Source: Mobula hypostoma
Lineage: Eukaryota
Assembly: GCF_963921235.1 (NCBI RefSeq)
Contig: NC_086109.1
Coordinates: forward strand, 16,060,001 to 16,124,000
DNA length: 64,000 nt
Reading direction: 5' to 3'
Below are positions 12,955-25,705 of the stretch, piece by piece; positions within the stretch are counted from its first letter, which is position 1, and each line of letters opens with the position of its first letter. Under the pieces are notes generated by a model. The model was not told the DNA's origin, did no database searches, and saw nothing but the letters and a program-made list of their open reading frames with translations. The position numbers and the translations under genes were made by a program.

Positions 12955-13929
12955 ACAAACAAGAGAAAATCTGCAGATGCTGTAAATTTGAGCCTCACAC
13001 ACAAGGTGCTAGAGGAACTCAGCAGCCTAGGCAGAATCTACGGAAAAAAGTACAGTCGATATTTCGGGCAGCGACCCTTTGGCAGGACTGGAGAAAAAAA
13101 TCCGAAGAGTAGATTTAAAAGGTGGGGGAGGGGAGAGAGAAACACAAGGTGATAGGGGATACTTGGAGGTGAAGGGGTGAAGTACAGAATTGGGAAGTTG
13201 ATTGGTGAAAGAGATACAGGGCTGGAGAAGGAGGAGTCTGTAGGTGAAGATAGAGGCCATGGAAAAAAGAAAAGGGGGGAGTGGCACTAGAGGAAGGTGA
13301 TGGGCAGGTAAGGAGATAAGGTGAGAGAGGGTAAAGGGGATGGGGACTAGTGAAGGAGAGGGTGGGGAGCCATTACCAGAAGTTCAAGATATCGATATTC
13401 ATGCAATCAGGTTCCCATTCCCTTTCCGAAATGTCAACCCATGTTCTTCTCTACAATCATGATGAGGCCACACTCAGGTTGGAGGAACAACACCTTATAT
13501 TCCACCTGGGCAGCCTCCAACCTGATGGCATGAACATCGATTTCTCAAACTTCTGGTAATGCGCCCCCTCCCCCTGCTCTATCCTTCACAAGTCCCCAAC
13601 CCCTTTTCCCTCTCTCACCTTATCTCCTTGCCTGCCCTTTGCCTCCCTCTGGCTCTTCTCCCCCCTTTTCTTCCTTCCATGGCCTTCTCTCCTCACCTAT
13701 TAGACTCCTGCTTCTCCAGCCCTGTATCTCTTTCACCAATCAACTTCCCAGCTCTCTACTTCATCCCTCCCCCTCCCAGTTTCTCTCTCCCCTCTCCTAT
13801 CTTTTAAATCTACTCCTCAGCGTCTTTTCTCCAGTCTTACCGAAAGGTCTCAGCCCGAAATATCAGCTGTACTTTACTTCATAGATGCTGCCTGGCCTGC
13901 TGAATTCCTCCAGCATTGTGTGTGTGTTG
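12955..13929. mobile_element. Penelope-like element with inverted arms and a GIY-YIG endonuclease C-terminal remnant
   Basis: 15-bp TSD CTAGGAGATCAAGAG (12940-12954 / 13930-13944); EATLRLEEQHLIFHLGSLQPDGMNIDFSNF at about 13463-13559; degenerate hammerheads in both arms. Confidence 0.85.
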
Positions 13930-14029
13930 CTAGGAGATCAAGAGCTTATCTTTTAGCATATAAAAGGTCAATTCAAGGGACTAATAACAGCAGGATAGAA
14001 ACTGTCCTTGAGCCTAGTAGTAAGCTTTG

Positions 14030-14330
14030 AACCATCACTGATATGTTGCCACAATCAATGGATTCACTTTCAAGGACCCTTCATCTCATGTTCTTGATTT
14101 TTTTGCTTATTTGTTTATATTATTGTTTCTTCTTTTTGCATTTGCACAGTGTGTTGTCTTCTGTACTCTGGTTGAACACCCCATTTGGGTGGCTTTTCAT
14201 TGATTCAGTTATAGTTATTGGTCTGTAGATTGGTTGAGTATGTCCACAGGAAAATAAACCTCAAGGTTGTATATGGTGACATATATGTAGTTTAATAATA
14301 ACATTTACCTTGTACATTGAAATTTGAAGT
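14030..14330 (+). mobile_element. Rex1-type 3' UTR
   Basis: Homologous to 4880-5145 and 35265-35550. Confidence 0.7.
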
Positions 14331-15147
14331 GTTCTTAAGTTTTGTGTCTTCTCCATAAATGCATCAAGGTCATTTCGACATGCTTCTTACCTTAAACTGA
14401 AGCTAAAGAGCCAAAAAAACACAAGCCAAAAGAATTGAAAGGTCAACTGAAGTGGTAGCCAATCAGGACCAAGGTAAGCGAAGAGGGACCTATATAAATG
14501 CGAGCCCTCCCAGAGAGAAGCACCAACAACTACGCACTGGGGAGATCACCTTGACAGGTGAAGAAACAGCTGCAAGCTAATTGTCAAACTTAGCGAGCAC
14601 TGCAACATCAAACTGCCTGTTCTCAAAGATCGATTGTCTTGGAGAGCTTGATAAAGGCAATGTATAATAATTTGCTTTGTTTACAGTGGTTACCTTCATA
14701 CTTTTGAAGAGAGAAAGTTATAATTAATCCATATTGTATCAATATCATGACCTTGGATGTCTCTAGGATGTCTTATGAATGGATGCAACAGGATGGTGTT
14801 AACTTCCTGGGCACACTGCCTGAATTTGGACTATAGGAATTCTGTAACCACTCTGGGACTCGGGATTAATGTGTTCAACTAAGGGTACTATGCTGGCCAC
14901 ACAGCAATATGGGCAAGAACCTCCCCCACAATATACAGGGAATGCCAAGTGCATGTATTGTGGGATAAGAAAGGCAACAGGGTCACCAAAGAACTCAACT
15001 GGAAACGAATGGATGAAGAAATGGTGGATTATACTGTGAATTACAGTCTGGGGAAAATATTATCTCCAGTAGGCATTAATTACAAAGACAACCTTCCTTT
15101 CATTGAAGAACTAGATAGCCAAAACGCGGTGTTGTAGAAATTGCTTT

Positions 15148-15665
15148 GCTGGAGGAACTCAATGGGTTGAACAACATCTGTGTGGAAAAAGGAATTGTTC
15201 ACGTTTTGGGTGGATAACTTCCAACCTGATGGCATGAACATCAATTTTTCTAACTTTTGGTTTCTTTTCCTGCAACCACCTTGTTTTTCCCCATTCTTAA
15301 TTTCTCTCTCATCCCTTCTCTTCTTCTTACCTGCCCATCATCTACCTTTGGTGCCCTTCTCTTTCTTCTGTGATGCATTATCCTGTCCTATCAGAGTCCT
15401 TCTTCTTCAGCCCATGACCTCTTCCACCTATCACCTCATAGCTTCTTACTTCATCCACTCTTCCCTGCCCACCCACCTTCATCTATTACCTGCCAGCTTT
15501 CAATTCCCCTTAGCTTCTTATTCTGGCTTGTTCTCCCTTCTTTTGTAGTCCTGATGAAGGGTTTTGGCCAGAAATACAACAGTTTATCCCTCTCCATAGG
15601 TACTTTCTGACTTGCTGAGTTCCTCCAGCACTTTGTGTATGTTGTTCGAGTATCTGCAGTTTCCT
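15148..15665 (+). mobile_element. PLE 3' end with a short inverted arm
   Basis: QPDGMNINFSNF remnant, CTGATGA hammerhead core at 15551-15557, and the ATCTGCAG terminal motif. Confidence 0.75.
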
Positions 15666-15799
15666 GTCTGCCCACAGCGCAGGAGCTCAGTAAAGCTTCT
15701 GACTTGCTTGCCAATGGCAAAGCTCCAGGTGATGATTCTATTCTGATTACTCTCATCAAACACAGGAAGCTGTTGTTTCTCTTAGTACTTCCTTGTTTT

Positions 15800-16150
15800 T
15801 GTGTAGGGTGGAGACTGTGTGCCAGCATATCCAGGATGCAAGGATTGTGACCTTATATAAGAACATGTTCACCACAGCAAATAAAACAACTACAACACAC
15901 TTCCTGGCTAAGTATTGGATGCTGGAACAGAATGCACTCAGTCACCATCAATGAGTATTAGCAATCAGACTCCACTTCGATCAGATCTTAATAAATTCAG
16001 AGTCTCTTTTGCCCCTCTTATTGTTGATGAGAGTGGATCCATTAGCCTCAATGATGTTGGCTTCAAACCAATTTGGCATTTTAATATTCTTCCTTCTTGT
16101 ATATTGAGAGTGCAGATTTGTACTCCAGCTCACTTCTGCATTAGTTCAAT
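15800..16150 (-). mobile_element. Highly decayed RTE LINE ORF fragment
   Basis: Minus-strand remnants NWFEANI, KETLNLLRS and CSSIQ resemble the RTE region between the endonuclease and RT domains. Confidence 0.45.
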
Positions 16151-19100
16151 GCAACTGAGGAGCTATTGTTTCTTGAGCACAAAATGCCAGAGGAACCCAG
16201 AAAGTCAAGCAGCATCAATAGAGGAGAATAAACAGTCGATGTTTCGGGTGAAGACCCTTCAATGGAGGATGTATATTAACTGACAAATACCTTTATTTGT
16301 TCAGTTAGCAACAAGCATGTGAATTTACAAAACTAACTACCTGTGTGCAAACAGACTAGTTTTCTCTGGCCCTCCATGAAGAGTCAGGAACAGAAAAGTA
16401 ATACCCAGGAAAAGGAGTGCACACTGCCCAGACATTTTCCATGATCCCAAAGTAATCTCCATGTGCAATGGTTGGTTTTCAAACTTGCTGCTGCCTGTAC
16501 TTCCAAATTCTTTCATTCTTATTATCTTCCTTATCAGTTCAAATTGTTATGTTTCAAATTTGTTGGTTCAGAGTCCTCTAACTGACCTGTATCAGCCCAG
16601 GGTTATAAACAGTATTATTTATGGCTCTTCCCTTAGATTTGCCCCTCTGGCAATATTCTTTGTTCTTTCTGAATCAAATCAGTTCAGCCAGGTCACCCAA
16701 ACAATGTTCTCAGGTTATTCCAGATCAAAGGATGTTTTTTCTAGAAGCCTGTCATTTTTTACAGAGATGAACAGCTGCTTATCAGGAAATGGCAGGTAAT
16801 AAACAGGAAATCCACTGTGCCCATCTTCAATCACTCTGACTAATCCACTCCTGAGCAAGAACCATACATTAAGCAGTTAACAAAATGGTGGCTGCCTGAA
16901 CAGTCTCACAAAATGGCAGTCCCCATTCCTTTAACCACTTGACAGGAAAAAAGCTACAAAGTTATTGGATCTCACTGTAGATTTTATCTGCCCTATCCAC
17001 CAGAGCTGACTTCACATGCAGGACAGGCATGCCCTATCTCACCTGGGTATGAGGCTGCTAGCCACTCTCACTACTTTATCCCACCTGTACTGGGATGAGG
17101 CTATGGTCGCTTGCAAACAACTACAAGGGCTTCCACTGCCCTTGGCTTATTCCTGGTCACTGATTTGCAGATTTAATTCTTTCTGACCAACAGTATCACT
17201 ACAAGTAGGCACATCGGGGATCCTCCAGAGAGACAGTAGACACTGACATGAAGAGACTTACTAACATAGCTCTTTTCCCACTACTACTGGAAATATTAAT
17301 AGGTCATTATCATATTGTTGTTTGTGGAATCTTGCCTTGAGCAAATCTTCTCTTTGCATTTTCTCTCTTTGGATGTGTTATGGATGGGTGCAAAAGAATG
17401 ATGTTAACTTCCTGGGCATGCTGCCTGAATTCTGCACCACTGGAATTTTGGTACCCACTCTGGGATTCAGATTAATGTGTATCTGTATGCACAGACACAT
17501 GTGGCCACACAGCAACTTGGACATAAACCTCCCCAACAATATACAGGGAAAGTCAAGTGCATTCACAATGGGATCAGAAAGATAGCAGGGCAACCAACAG
17601 TGGAAGGAACTCAAATGGAAACATAAGCATAGAAGACCATCGTCAATGAAGAATATTGAAGATCCAAATGTGGTGATGGTTGTCCATTATTTCTGATGAT
17701 GACAGGAAGCCTGTGGACTTTCTATCCAATAGATCTCTCTGTAGCTCTCACCCGACAGGTCCGCCAGAGCTGACTTTGCATGCTAGGACAAGCATGTCCC
17801 TATCTCACCTGGGTATGAGGCCGCCGGCCATTCTCACTGGTTTAGCCTGTCTGTATCGAGATAAGGCTGCAGCCACTCGCAAGCAGCTACCAGGGGCCAC
17901 TGGTGAGAGTTGAGTGTCTGGTGGAGACCAAAGGTGAGTGAGCTGCCCCAGAATGGACACAGCAAGCTCCTTCGCCAGAGGTGCTAGCCCTCCTTGGACA
18001 CCCCATACACCCTGAAAATGCAGAGCAACAACTATAATTCATGAGGATTTTATATCAATGAAATCATTTGGGACTTTGTGAAAGACACAAATGAAATGCA
18101 AGTCTTTTTATTGTATGCCACTAGCCATTTACAGTAATTGCGAGACAATTCTTAATGATTAAATGGAGTAATTGTCCTCGAGTGATTTCAGTTCACTCGA
18201 ATAGAATACCAGACTTCTAGAATTTGCTTTCTAACAAGATCAAAACTAAAATGTTCAGAGTTATTTCATTGGCAGGACCGAAATTTAATTGTGTTAACGT
18301 CGTGTTTGAGTAATTACTCTCTCTCCTTCACATGTGAACGTGTGTGCACAAGTAGAAACACACACACACAAGTTGTTTACCTTAAGTGCTGCTGCTTTTG
18401 TGGACCTGCTCTATCTGAGTTGCTGTGCTGATGAGATTCTCTTCCGAAGGAGTCTTGTTGCCATGGTAAGCATATTTACTATGAATGTAGAGTGAAGGTG
18501 AGGTTCTGTATAACATTTACGCTGCTGCATCCCAGTGAATGTAGGTTGATTATGTAAAAAAGTGTTGAGGATTTGAAAAGGAGAGTCCAGAGATTCTTGG
18601 GTTTCATCCTTGGTCAGTTCAATGTGTCCCAGGCTGTCCAGTTTTTGTCAGGGTTCACAGGCTGACATAGTAGTCTGTCAGAAGAAACCAGCATTCACAA
18701 GATGGATCATCCTCCACTTAAAAAAAAAGATTTAAAAATATCTTGTGAATAGAAATCCAGGAATTTTCTTAGGTCATTAAGGGTTATGGGGGAAAGGCAG
18801 GTAGGCAGGAATATTCAGCTTAGTTCAGTTCAGCCCTGTGCTACTAGCCCACTGCAGGCTGTGAGGCCATTCTTCACCAAAGCACCCCCGTCCACATCAA
18901 TCACCCCAATCAAACCGCACAAAAACAGCAAAAAAAAAAGTAACCAGAACCAGGAACACATACAACATGAGCCTCGAAGTCCCCCAAAATGAGTCCACAT
19001 CCTCATCATTCAATCCTTGCCATGTAGATCCCAAGACTCCTGCACTTTCTTCTGACAGCAGCCAGCTAGAGGGAGAGGAAGACTGGTCAAATGCTGGCAG

Positions 19101-19587
19101 ACCTCACCAAACACCCACTCATCCTCTGCCCTCGTCCTTGTCGATTTCACCTTTGCTCGAGCCCCCCGTCGGATAGGGGGGCATTGGAGTCGATGATGGG
19201 CTGTGTTGGCTGGGGTGGGTGGGTTTGTGAGTTACTTCACTCTGTCACTTGCTCTGTGATTACGGGTGGTCCTGATGCATGAACTCAAAGTCCTAATTGC
19301 CATGCTGAATACTCTTCTGTCACCGTGAGCATGCTTCAATTCTGCAAAGTGGTGAGCTCATTCATGAACCTTTCTCTCTCTCATTGCTGGACGAGCTTCC
19401 TGAGGCCTCATCTCTGAATAGTGTTTTATTCTGGAGTCTGGTGTTGGTCATGCATTAAACATGGAAAGTAGTGTAAAAATGCTGGCATGTTGGACTGGAG
19501 AAGATGCTGACAATGATTTGTTTGTCCTTCCACTGAATTTAAAGTCCTCGAGACAGCATGGAAACATGACCTTTGGCCCAACTTGTA

Positions 19588-19980
19588 CAGTAGTGTGCGA
19601 AAGTCTGGGGTGCATGTAAACAAAATCTGTAGAGCGAGGATGCTTTCAAAATTAATGAAATGAAAAGTTTCGAAATATCAAAATATTTACTATAAAGAGC
19701 AGTAAACAGTAAAAAAAAGAATCATTATTTATTGTGACCACGCTTTGCTTTTAAAATTGCATCAATTCCCTTAGATACATTGTCATGTGATTTTATAAGA
19801 AAATCTGGTGGTAGTCTATTCCAAGCATCTTGGAGGATTTGCCACAGTTTTTCTGCAGACTTTGGCTGTCTCGCTTGTTTCTGTCTCTCCAGGTAATCCC
19901 AGGCAGCCTCGATAATGTTGAGATCAAGGATCTGTGAAGGCCATACAATCTGAAACCATATAAAAACTTAGGGTACTATA
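19588..19980 (-). mobile_element. Tc1 transposon remnant with transposase C-terminal motifs
   Basis: TA|CAGTAGTGTGCGAAAGTC TIR. Minus strand encodes WPSQILDLNIIEAAWDYLER (WPxQSPDLNPIE-like) and IDAILKAKRGH (KAKGGHTKY-like). Confidence 0.8.
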
Positions 19981-20237
19981 CACGTCAACCAAGATTCCTA
20001 CCTAAGCCAGTCCCATTTACCTGCACCTGGCCCATATCCCTCTAAACCTTCCCTCTCCATGTACCTGTCTAAATGTCTTTTAAATGTTGTATTTGTACCT
20101 GATTCTAGCTCTTGCTCTGGCAGCTCATTTCATGTAACTACCACCCACTGTGTGGAAGAATTTGCCCCTCAGGTACCCTTCACCCTCTAACATTAAAGCC
20201 AGGCCCTCTTGCTTTAGATTCTGCTACCCTTGGAGAA

Positions 20238-20619
20238 TGGGTGGTGGGGTGGAGATACTTCCATACCAAAGGAGGTGTAAAGCACTCCTTCCCTCTGCTA
20301 GCCTGCAGGTCACCCTTGGGCAAGGTGTAGCACCTGCTTAGCCCCACCTGATCAGGGTCACGTGGTGGTGGATGGTCGTAATAGTAGCTGGTGCATACCA
20401 TGAATCCTGGTTATATGACCACTGACACGAGGCAGACCGTCTCTAAGAGTACTGATAATGGCTGGGGTCAACTGTCTTGTAAAGACACCACCCAGAAGAA
20501 GGCAATGGCATACCACCTTTGTAGAAAGATTTGCCAAGAACACTCAGGGTCATGGATAAGACCATGATCGCCCACATCATAGGTCAGAGCACATAATGAT
20601 GAAGATGATGATGACAACG
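20238..20619 (+). mobile_element. RTE-related non-autonomous retroposon inserted in a minus-strand CR1 fragment (about 19985-20695)
   Basis: 12-bp TSD ACCCTTGGAGAA (20226-20237 / 20620-20631), GAAGGCAATGGCATACCAC motif, (GAT)n-like tail. Confidence 0.75.
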
Positions 20620-21519
20620 ACCCTTGGAGAAAGACCTTAACCCTCATGAATTCATACACCTCTATAAGGTTGCCCCTCAGACTCCTACGCTCCAGATTTG
20701 GAGGACTTTGGGGCAACAATGGCTTTTCTCCATTGCTCTGGGATGCCCAACGGAGGCAGTCTAGCTCTCGAAATCACGGAGGAAGCATGAATCAGTAACC
20801 TCACTTTGTGAAACCTTGGTTGCATCTGATCTTAGATGGTGATGTCAGCTTTATTAACAGAGGAACCAAGTACAAAAGGGAGGAATTTATGCTCGACCTT
20901 TAAAAGACAAGGTGGAATTTCCAAACAAGAAGAATGTCAAGCCCTCAGAGAAGATGCAGGGAAGATTTATCAGAAAGATATCAGCAATGAACAGTTACGT
21001 GGAAAGAATAGAGAAGCTCGGATTATTCTCTTTACAGCGGAGGCAATTTAATAGGTGCTCAAATTTATGAAGGGTTTTCATCTAGTTGATAAGGAGGCAC
21101 TGCTTCTAGCTCCAAGAGGGTAGACAATCAAAGATTACAGATATAAGATAATTGGCAAAAAAATATCGGAAGGGATGAAGAGAATTTTTTTTTCATGTGG
21201 TGAGTTGATACTTTGTGCAATGCATAATGTGAGGAGCTGATGGAAGGAATTCAATTGTACCCCCTCAAAAGGGAATTAAAGCAATTCTTGGCAGTGAAGA
21301 TCTGCAGGATTAAGCAGAATGAGCTGGGCAGTGGGGCTAGATTCAGAAAGTTTTGGAAGTACTTAGAGGAATGGAACGGGCCAAATGGTTTCATCTCTGC
21401 CAGATTCAGATGCTGTTCGCTTGGGATGAGACACTGAATGCTCCCTGTTAGGGAGAGTGTTGATGTTGTAGAAGGCCTCATAATTCTCTAACCATCAAAG
21501 AGTAGGTGAATTTCCACCT

Positions 21520-21672
21520 CAGAACCAACATCACTTAAACAGAAGTCATTAACAAATTTCTGCGGAAGCTTGCTGTGTGCATACCGGCTTGCTGTCTTTC
21601 TTGCACGATAACTGTGAATATTAATGTAGTTATTATATAAGGTGGTGAAAGGGGCTCCGTAATTGCATTCTT
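21520..21672 (+). mobile_element. Decayed Deu-domain SINE 3' part
   Basis: Resembles the CTTGCTGTGCGCAAATTGGCTG...GTGAAAGGCGCTATATAAATGCA tail; similar remnants lie near 17300, 18065 and 34910. Confidence 0.45.
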
Positions 21673-22399
21673 CACGGAATTTTCTTGCCCCTGCTATTAG
21701 ATGTTGGCATGTAAGTATTTGTGACCAAGAATAACCTGAATGTCTGCAGCTGTAAGGTGAAAATATTCAGTGGCGACTAATCATACATTGTCTGAAGGAG
21801 CTGGCAGAGCATTACTTAGCACTTGGAATGAGTGTGACTGCTTTTTAGGCAACTACTACCTGAGCTCACACTATTTCTGCTAATAGCGTGGGGATGCCGA
21901 TCTCAGCGTGTTCATCTGGCTCATTAGCGAAATCGTTCCCTGCTGCGTTCCGCACCTTCCTCTCCCTTTTCTTCCCAGTTTGAAACTTGGCAACGTGTTT
22001 TCTGTCAACAGATAGAGAGGATCCTGGGACTTGTGTTAAGCAGAAGCATTTCCCAAGCTGCAATCATTTTACAGATAGTAAGATCGGCTTCTGATCAGAA
22101 GAACAACTAAGATGTTTTTATTTCATTCCAGCTTCTAGTCTGATCATTCTCCTTTTTGTTCGGATTTCTGGGCCCTCTTGATACGAGTTGGTTCTCTGCA
22201 CATTTACGAAACGTCTTTCACTGTTTCAGAAAGTTCTCAATTTATTTAATTTTTCTTTATTGATTTAACTCTCTGCAAGGCAGATATTTATTGCACATCC
22301 CTAATTGTCCTTGAAAAGGTGGTTATTAGCAACCTTCTCAAACCACTGCAGTACTTCTGTTCAAGGTACTCTCTAAACATTGTTGGGTCGGGAATTCCG

Positions 22400-22735
22400 G
22401 GACAGCATGGTAGCATAGTGGTTAGTGTAATGCTCTACAGCATCAGTGATTGGGGTTCAATTCCCACCACTATCTGTAAGGAGCTTGTCTGGTCTTCCCA
22501 TGACCTCATAGGTTTCCTCTGGGTACTCCGGTTTCCTCCCACATTCCAAAGACATATGTGGGTTAGGATTAATAAATTTTGGGCATGCTACATTGGTGCT
22601 GGAAGCCTGCCAACACTTGCAGGCTGTCTCCAGCTCATCTTTGGACTGTGTAGGTCATTGATGCAAAATGACACATTTCACTGTATGCTTCAATGTTTCA
22701 ATGTACATGTGACAAAAAAAGCCATTCTCTCTTTA
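22400..22735 (+). mobile_element. Full-length tRNA-derived V-domain SINE
   Basis: Pol III A box TAGCATAGTGG (22411-22421), B box GGTTCAATTCC (22454-22464), V core GGTTTCCTCTGGGTACTCCGGTTTCCTCCCAC. Confidence 0.85.
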
Positions 22736-23914
22736 GGGATTTGGACTTGAGAATGAATAATGATATACAGTATCTCAAAATGAAGAAGGTATGCAGCTTC
22801 ACAGAATCACAAAGCAGGTACAACAGGTAAAGACACCATTTGGCTTGTCCATACCAAGTCATTAAGAGCATCCCAGCTGGTGTACCACCCCTCTCATCTT
22901 CCATTATTTTCAAATTCTTTACATTCAGAACTTCATCCAGCTCCCTTTTGAACTTTACAATTGAAGATTCCTGCACTGGTTTAAATGGTTCAGCATGGAT
23001 TAGATGGGCTGAAGGGCCCATTTCTGTTTTGTCCTTTTCTATTACTCAATGATTCTGTGACTCTCACTATCTAGACCCAAGTCACTCACTGTGGAAAAAT
23101 GTTTTCATTTTTCACTTTTGGTTCTTTTGCAAGCCATCGTTACCCCATACTAATAATGATCAGTTAGCACCGAGAGAACCTGTATTTACGGAGAAGTAAC
23201 TTCAGTGGCTCAGTTCACAAACACGTGGAATTAAACAACTGAATACCTCTGTACACAACTTCTGGGTTTTACAGATTCACAAACAGTCAAAGAATAGAGA
23301 AGGTAATATCTGGGGGGAAAAAAGTCAATGCTGTCCTACTATTCCACGTGGTTGCAATGTGATCTCTTCATGTCTAACATGGGGTCCTCCACATGCACAC
23401 TGCCTATGTTCCCAAATTCTTTCAGTCTTTGCCTGTCCCTTATCAAATCAATCTCTGATGTTTCATTTTCATTGGCTCAAGGTCTTCTGACTGATCTGTG
23501 TCAGTTCTCATTGGATGTAGTACAGGGCTACAAGTAATATTGTTTTATGTTCTTTGCCTGCAACTTCGTGCTGAGGTGACGAATTTTGTTCTATTCAACT
23601 CTGACTGGTTCAAACCGGTCAAATCAGGTCACAGATGATAAGATTACCTGTGCAAACTTGCCATTTTACACAATAAACAGATTGTTATTTGAGAATGGTC
23701 TCAGGTTTAGCAGATCATTCGCAGCAACTCATTTTGCCCATGTTCAAGTCCTCTGATTAAGTTATTCCAGAGCAAGAATTGATTTATCGAACAGTTCACA
23801 AAATGGTAGCTGCAGGGACAGTCTCACAAAATGGCTGCATCCATTCCTGTTCAGTGATTGTCATTCTTTCTGGTCAACACCACCTTCATTCTTCTTTAAA
23901 TTATTTTTATTTTT

Positions 23915-24088
23915 AGAGACGCAGCACGGTAACCAGCCCTTCCTGCCCAACAAGCTCACGCTGCCCGATTACACCCATATGACCAATTAACCTACTAACC
24001 CATACAGCTTTGGAATGTGGGCGGAAACCAGAGCACTAGGGGAAACTACATGGCCATATGTAAACTCCTTACAGACAGCAGTGGGAAT
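23915..24088 (-). mobile_element. V-domain SINE fragment
   Basis: Reverse V core GGAAACCAGAGCAC...AAACTCCTTACAGACAG. Confidence 0.7.
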
Positions 24089-25163
24089 ACTTTGTTCCTG
24101 ATTCTCGATCTTCCAGCAAGAGTCTTTCAATCTACTCTTTCTCTGCCCTTTATACTTTTAAAACTCTCAAACCCTTGCTGTTCCAAGGAGGAAATATCAG
24201 CTTCTCCAAACTAAAATGATTCAATACTGAAATCATTCCAGTTAATCTCTTCTCTATTCTGTCTAAAGGTAATGCTTACTTCAACAATGGTGCTCAGAAA
24301 TAGACTTGTATGTCTGTTCTGGTTGTACCAGAGTTTTAGAAATGTTCATCTTGATTTTCTTTCCCTGGAGTGTCTCTGTTTACAAAGATCAGTATCCGAT
24401 ATGCTTTTTAACAACTTTCTCAAACTTCCCATTGAACCAGGCATTTCTACCTGCTGCTGTCTCTGTCTTCAATCCCTTTTGGAACTGTACATGTAATTGA
24501 TACTGACTCCTTTATTTTTCCTGATAAAAGGCAACAATTTGTATTTGGCACGGGTTCCTTAAGGAGAAACCTGGTCTGACATATCTGCTGGAAATCTTTG
24601 AGGAAACAGCAGACTGGATAGACAAAGCAGAGTCAATGGATGTTGTTTACTTGGATTTTCAGAAGCCTTTGACAAGGTGTCACACATGAGGCTGCTAAAC
24701 AAGGTAAGAACCCGGGGTATTACAGGAAATATACTGGTATGGATAGAAGATTGGCTAACTGGCAGGACGCAAAGAATGGGAATAAAGGGGGCCTTTTCCA
24801 GTTGCATACTGGTAACTAGTGGTGTTTTAAAGAGGTCAGTGTTGGGTCCACAACTTTTCACTCAACATGTAAATGAACTGGATGACAAAATTGATGGCTT
24901 TGTGGCCAATTTTGCAGATTATACAAAGATAGGTGGAAGGGCAGGTATGGCTGAGGAAGCAGAGCGTCTGCAGGAGGATTTGAACGGATAAGGAGAATGC
25001 GTAAGGGAGTAGCAGATGGAATATACAGTAGGGAAGTGTATGAACATGCACTTTGTGAGAAGGAATAAAAGCATATTTTTTTAAATGAAGAGAAAATTTA
25101 GAAATCAGAGGAGTAAAAGGACCTAGTGCAGGATTCTCTAAAGTTAAACTTATGGGTTGAGTT

Positions 25164-25562
25164 TGTTGCACGGGGTGACTGTGGAGAACCCAAGTGCAGG
25201 ACACCGGCACGTCGACTGAGTTGGGGATGCTGGTGTAGACGTGAACGTAGAACAGCAAACCGGAGGAACCTTGACAAGGAGATGGGATCTACAGGGACTA
25301 TCTTGAAACTAGAGCAGAACTTGGAACTAAACTTAGAACTAACGGTTCTAAGTGGACGAGAGAATGAAGTATCACACAAGAATAGACCAACAAACTGGCA
25401 ACCTGTGTAGTGATGCCATCATGCTTATTTCACAGTCTCTGATGCAAACCAGCTGTACCATAATTAAGTAAGCTAGCAGCAATTGGAAATCTAATGGCTG
25501 AAATTAGGGCATAATCAGGGAGAAAGGAGCATTAAAGGGGAACAACCAACGGAACCATGACA
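25164..25562 (-). mobile_element. Solo LTR-like element
   Basis: TG...CA termini, 5-bp TSD GAGTT (25159-25163 / 25563-25567); ends match 43005-43639. Confidence 0.85.
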
Positions 25563-25705
25563 GAGTTGGTAGTAAGTAAGGCAATGCATTGTGATCATTC
25601 ATTTTGAGAGGACTAGAAATATAAACACAAGGTTGTAACGCTGAGGATTTATAACAAATTGGTCTGACCACACTTGGAGTATTGTGAGCAGTTTCAGATC
25701 CCACT

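Noticed and set aside
14490..14610. Hammerhead of a second PLE family (also near 4690-4760)
   Set aside because: Helix II-like TCACC..GGTGA and GAAA remnants are visible, but the catalytic core is mutated, so it is not called as a ribozyme.
22400..22475. tRNA gene
   Set aside because: A and B boxes are present but run directly into a SINE body, so this is a SINE head.
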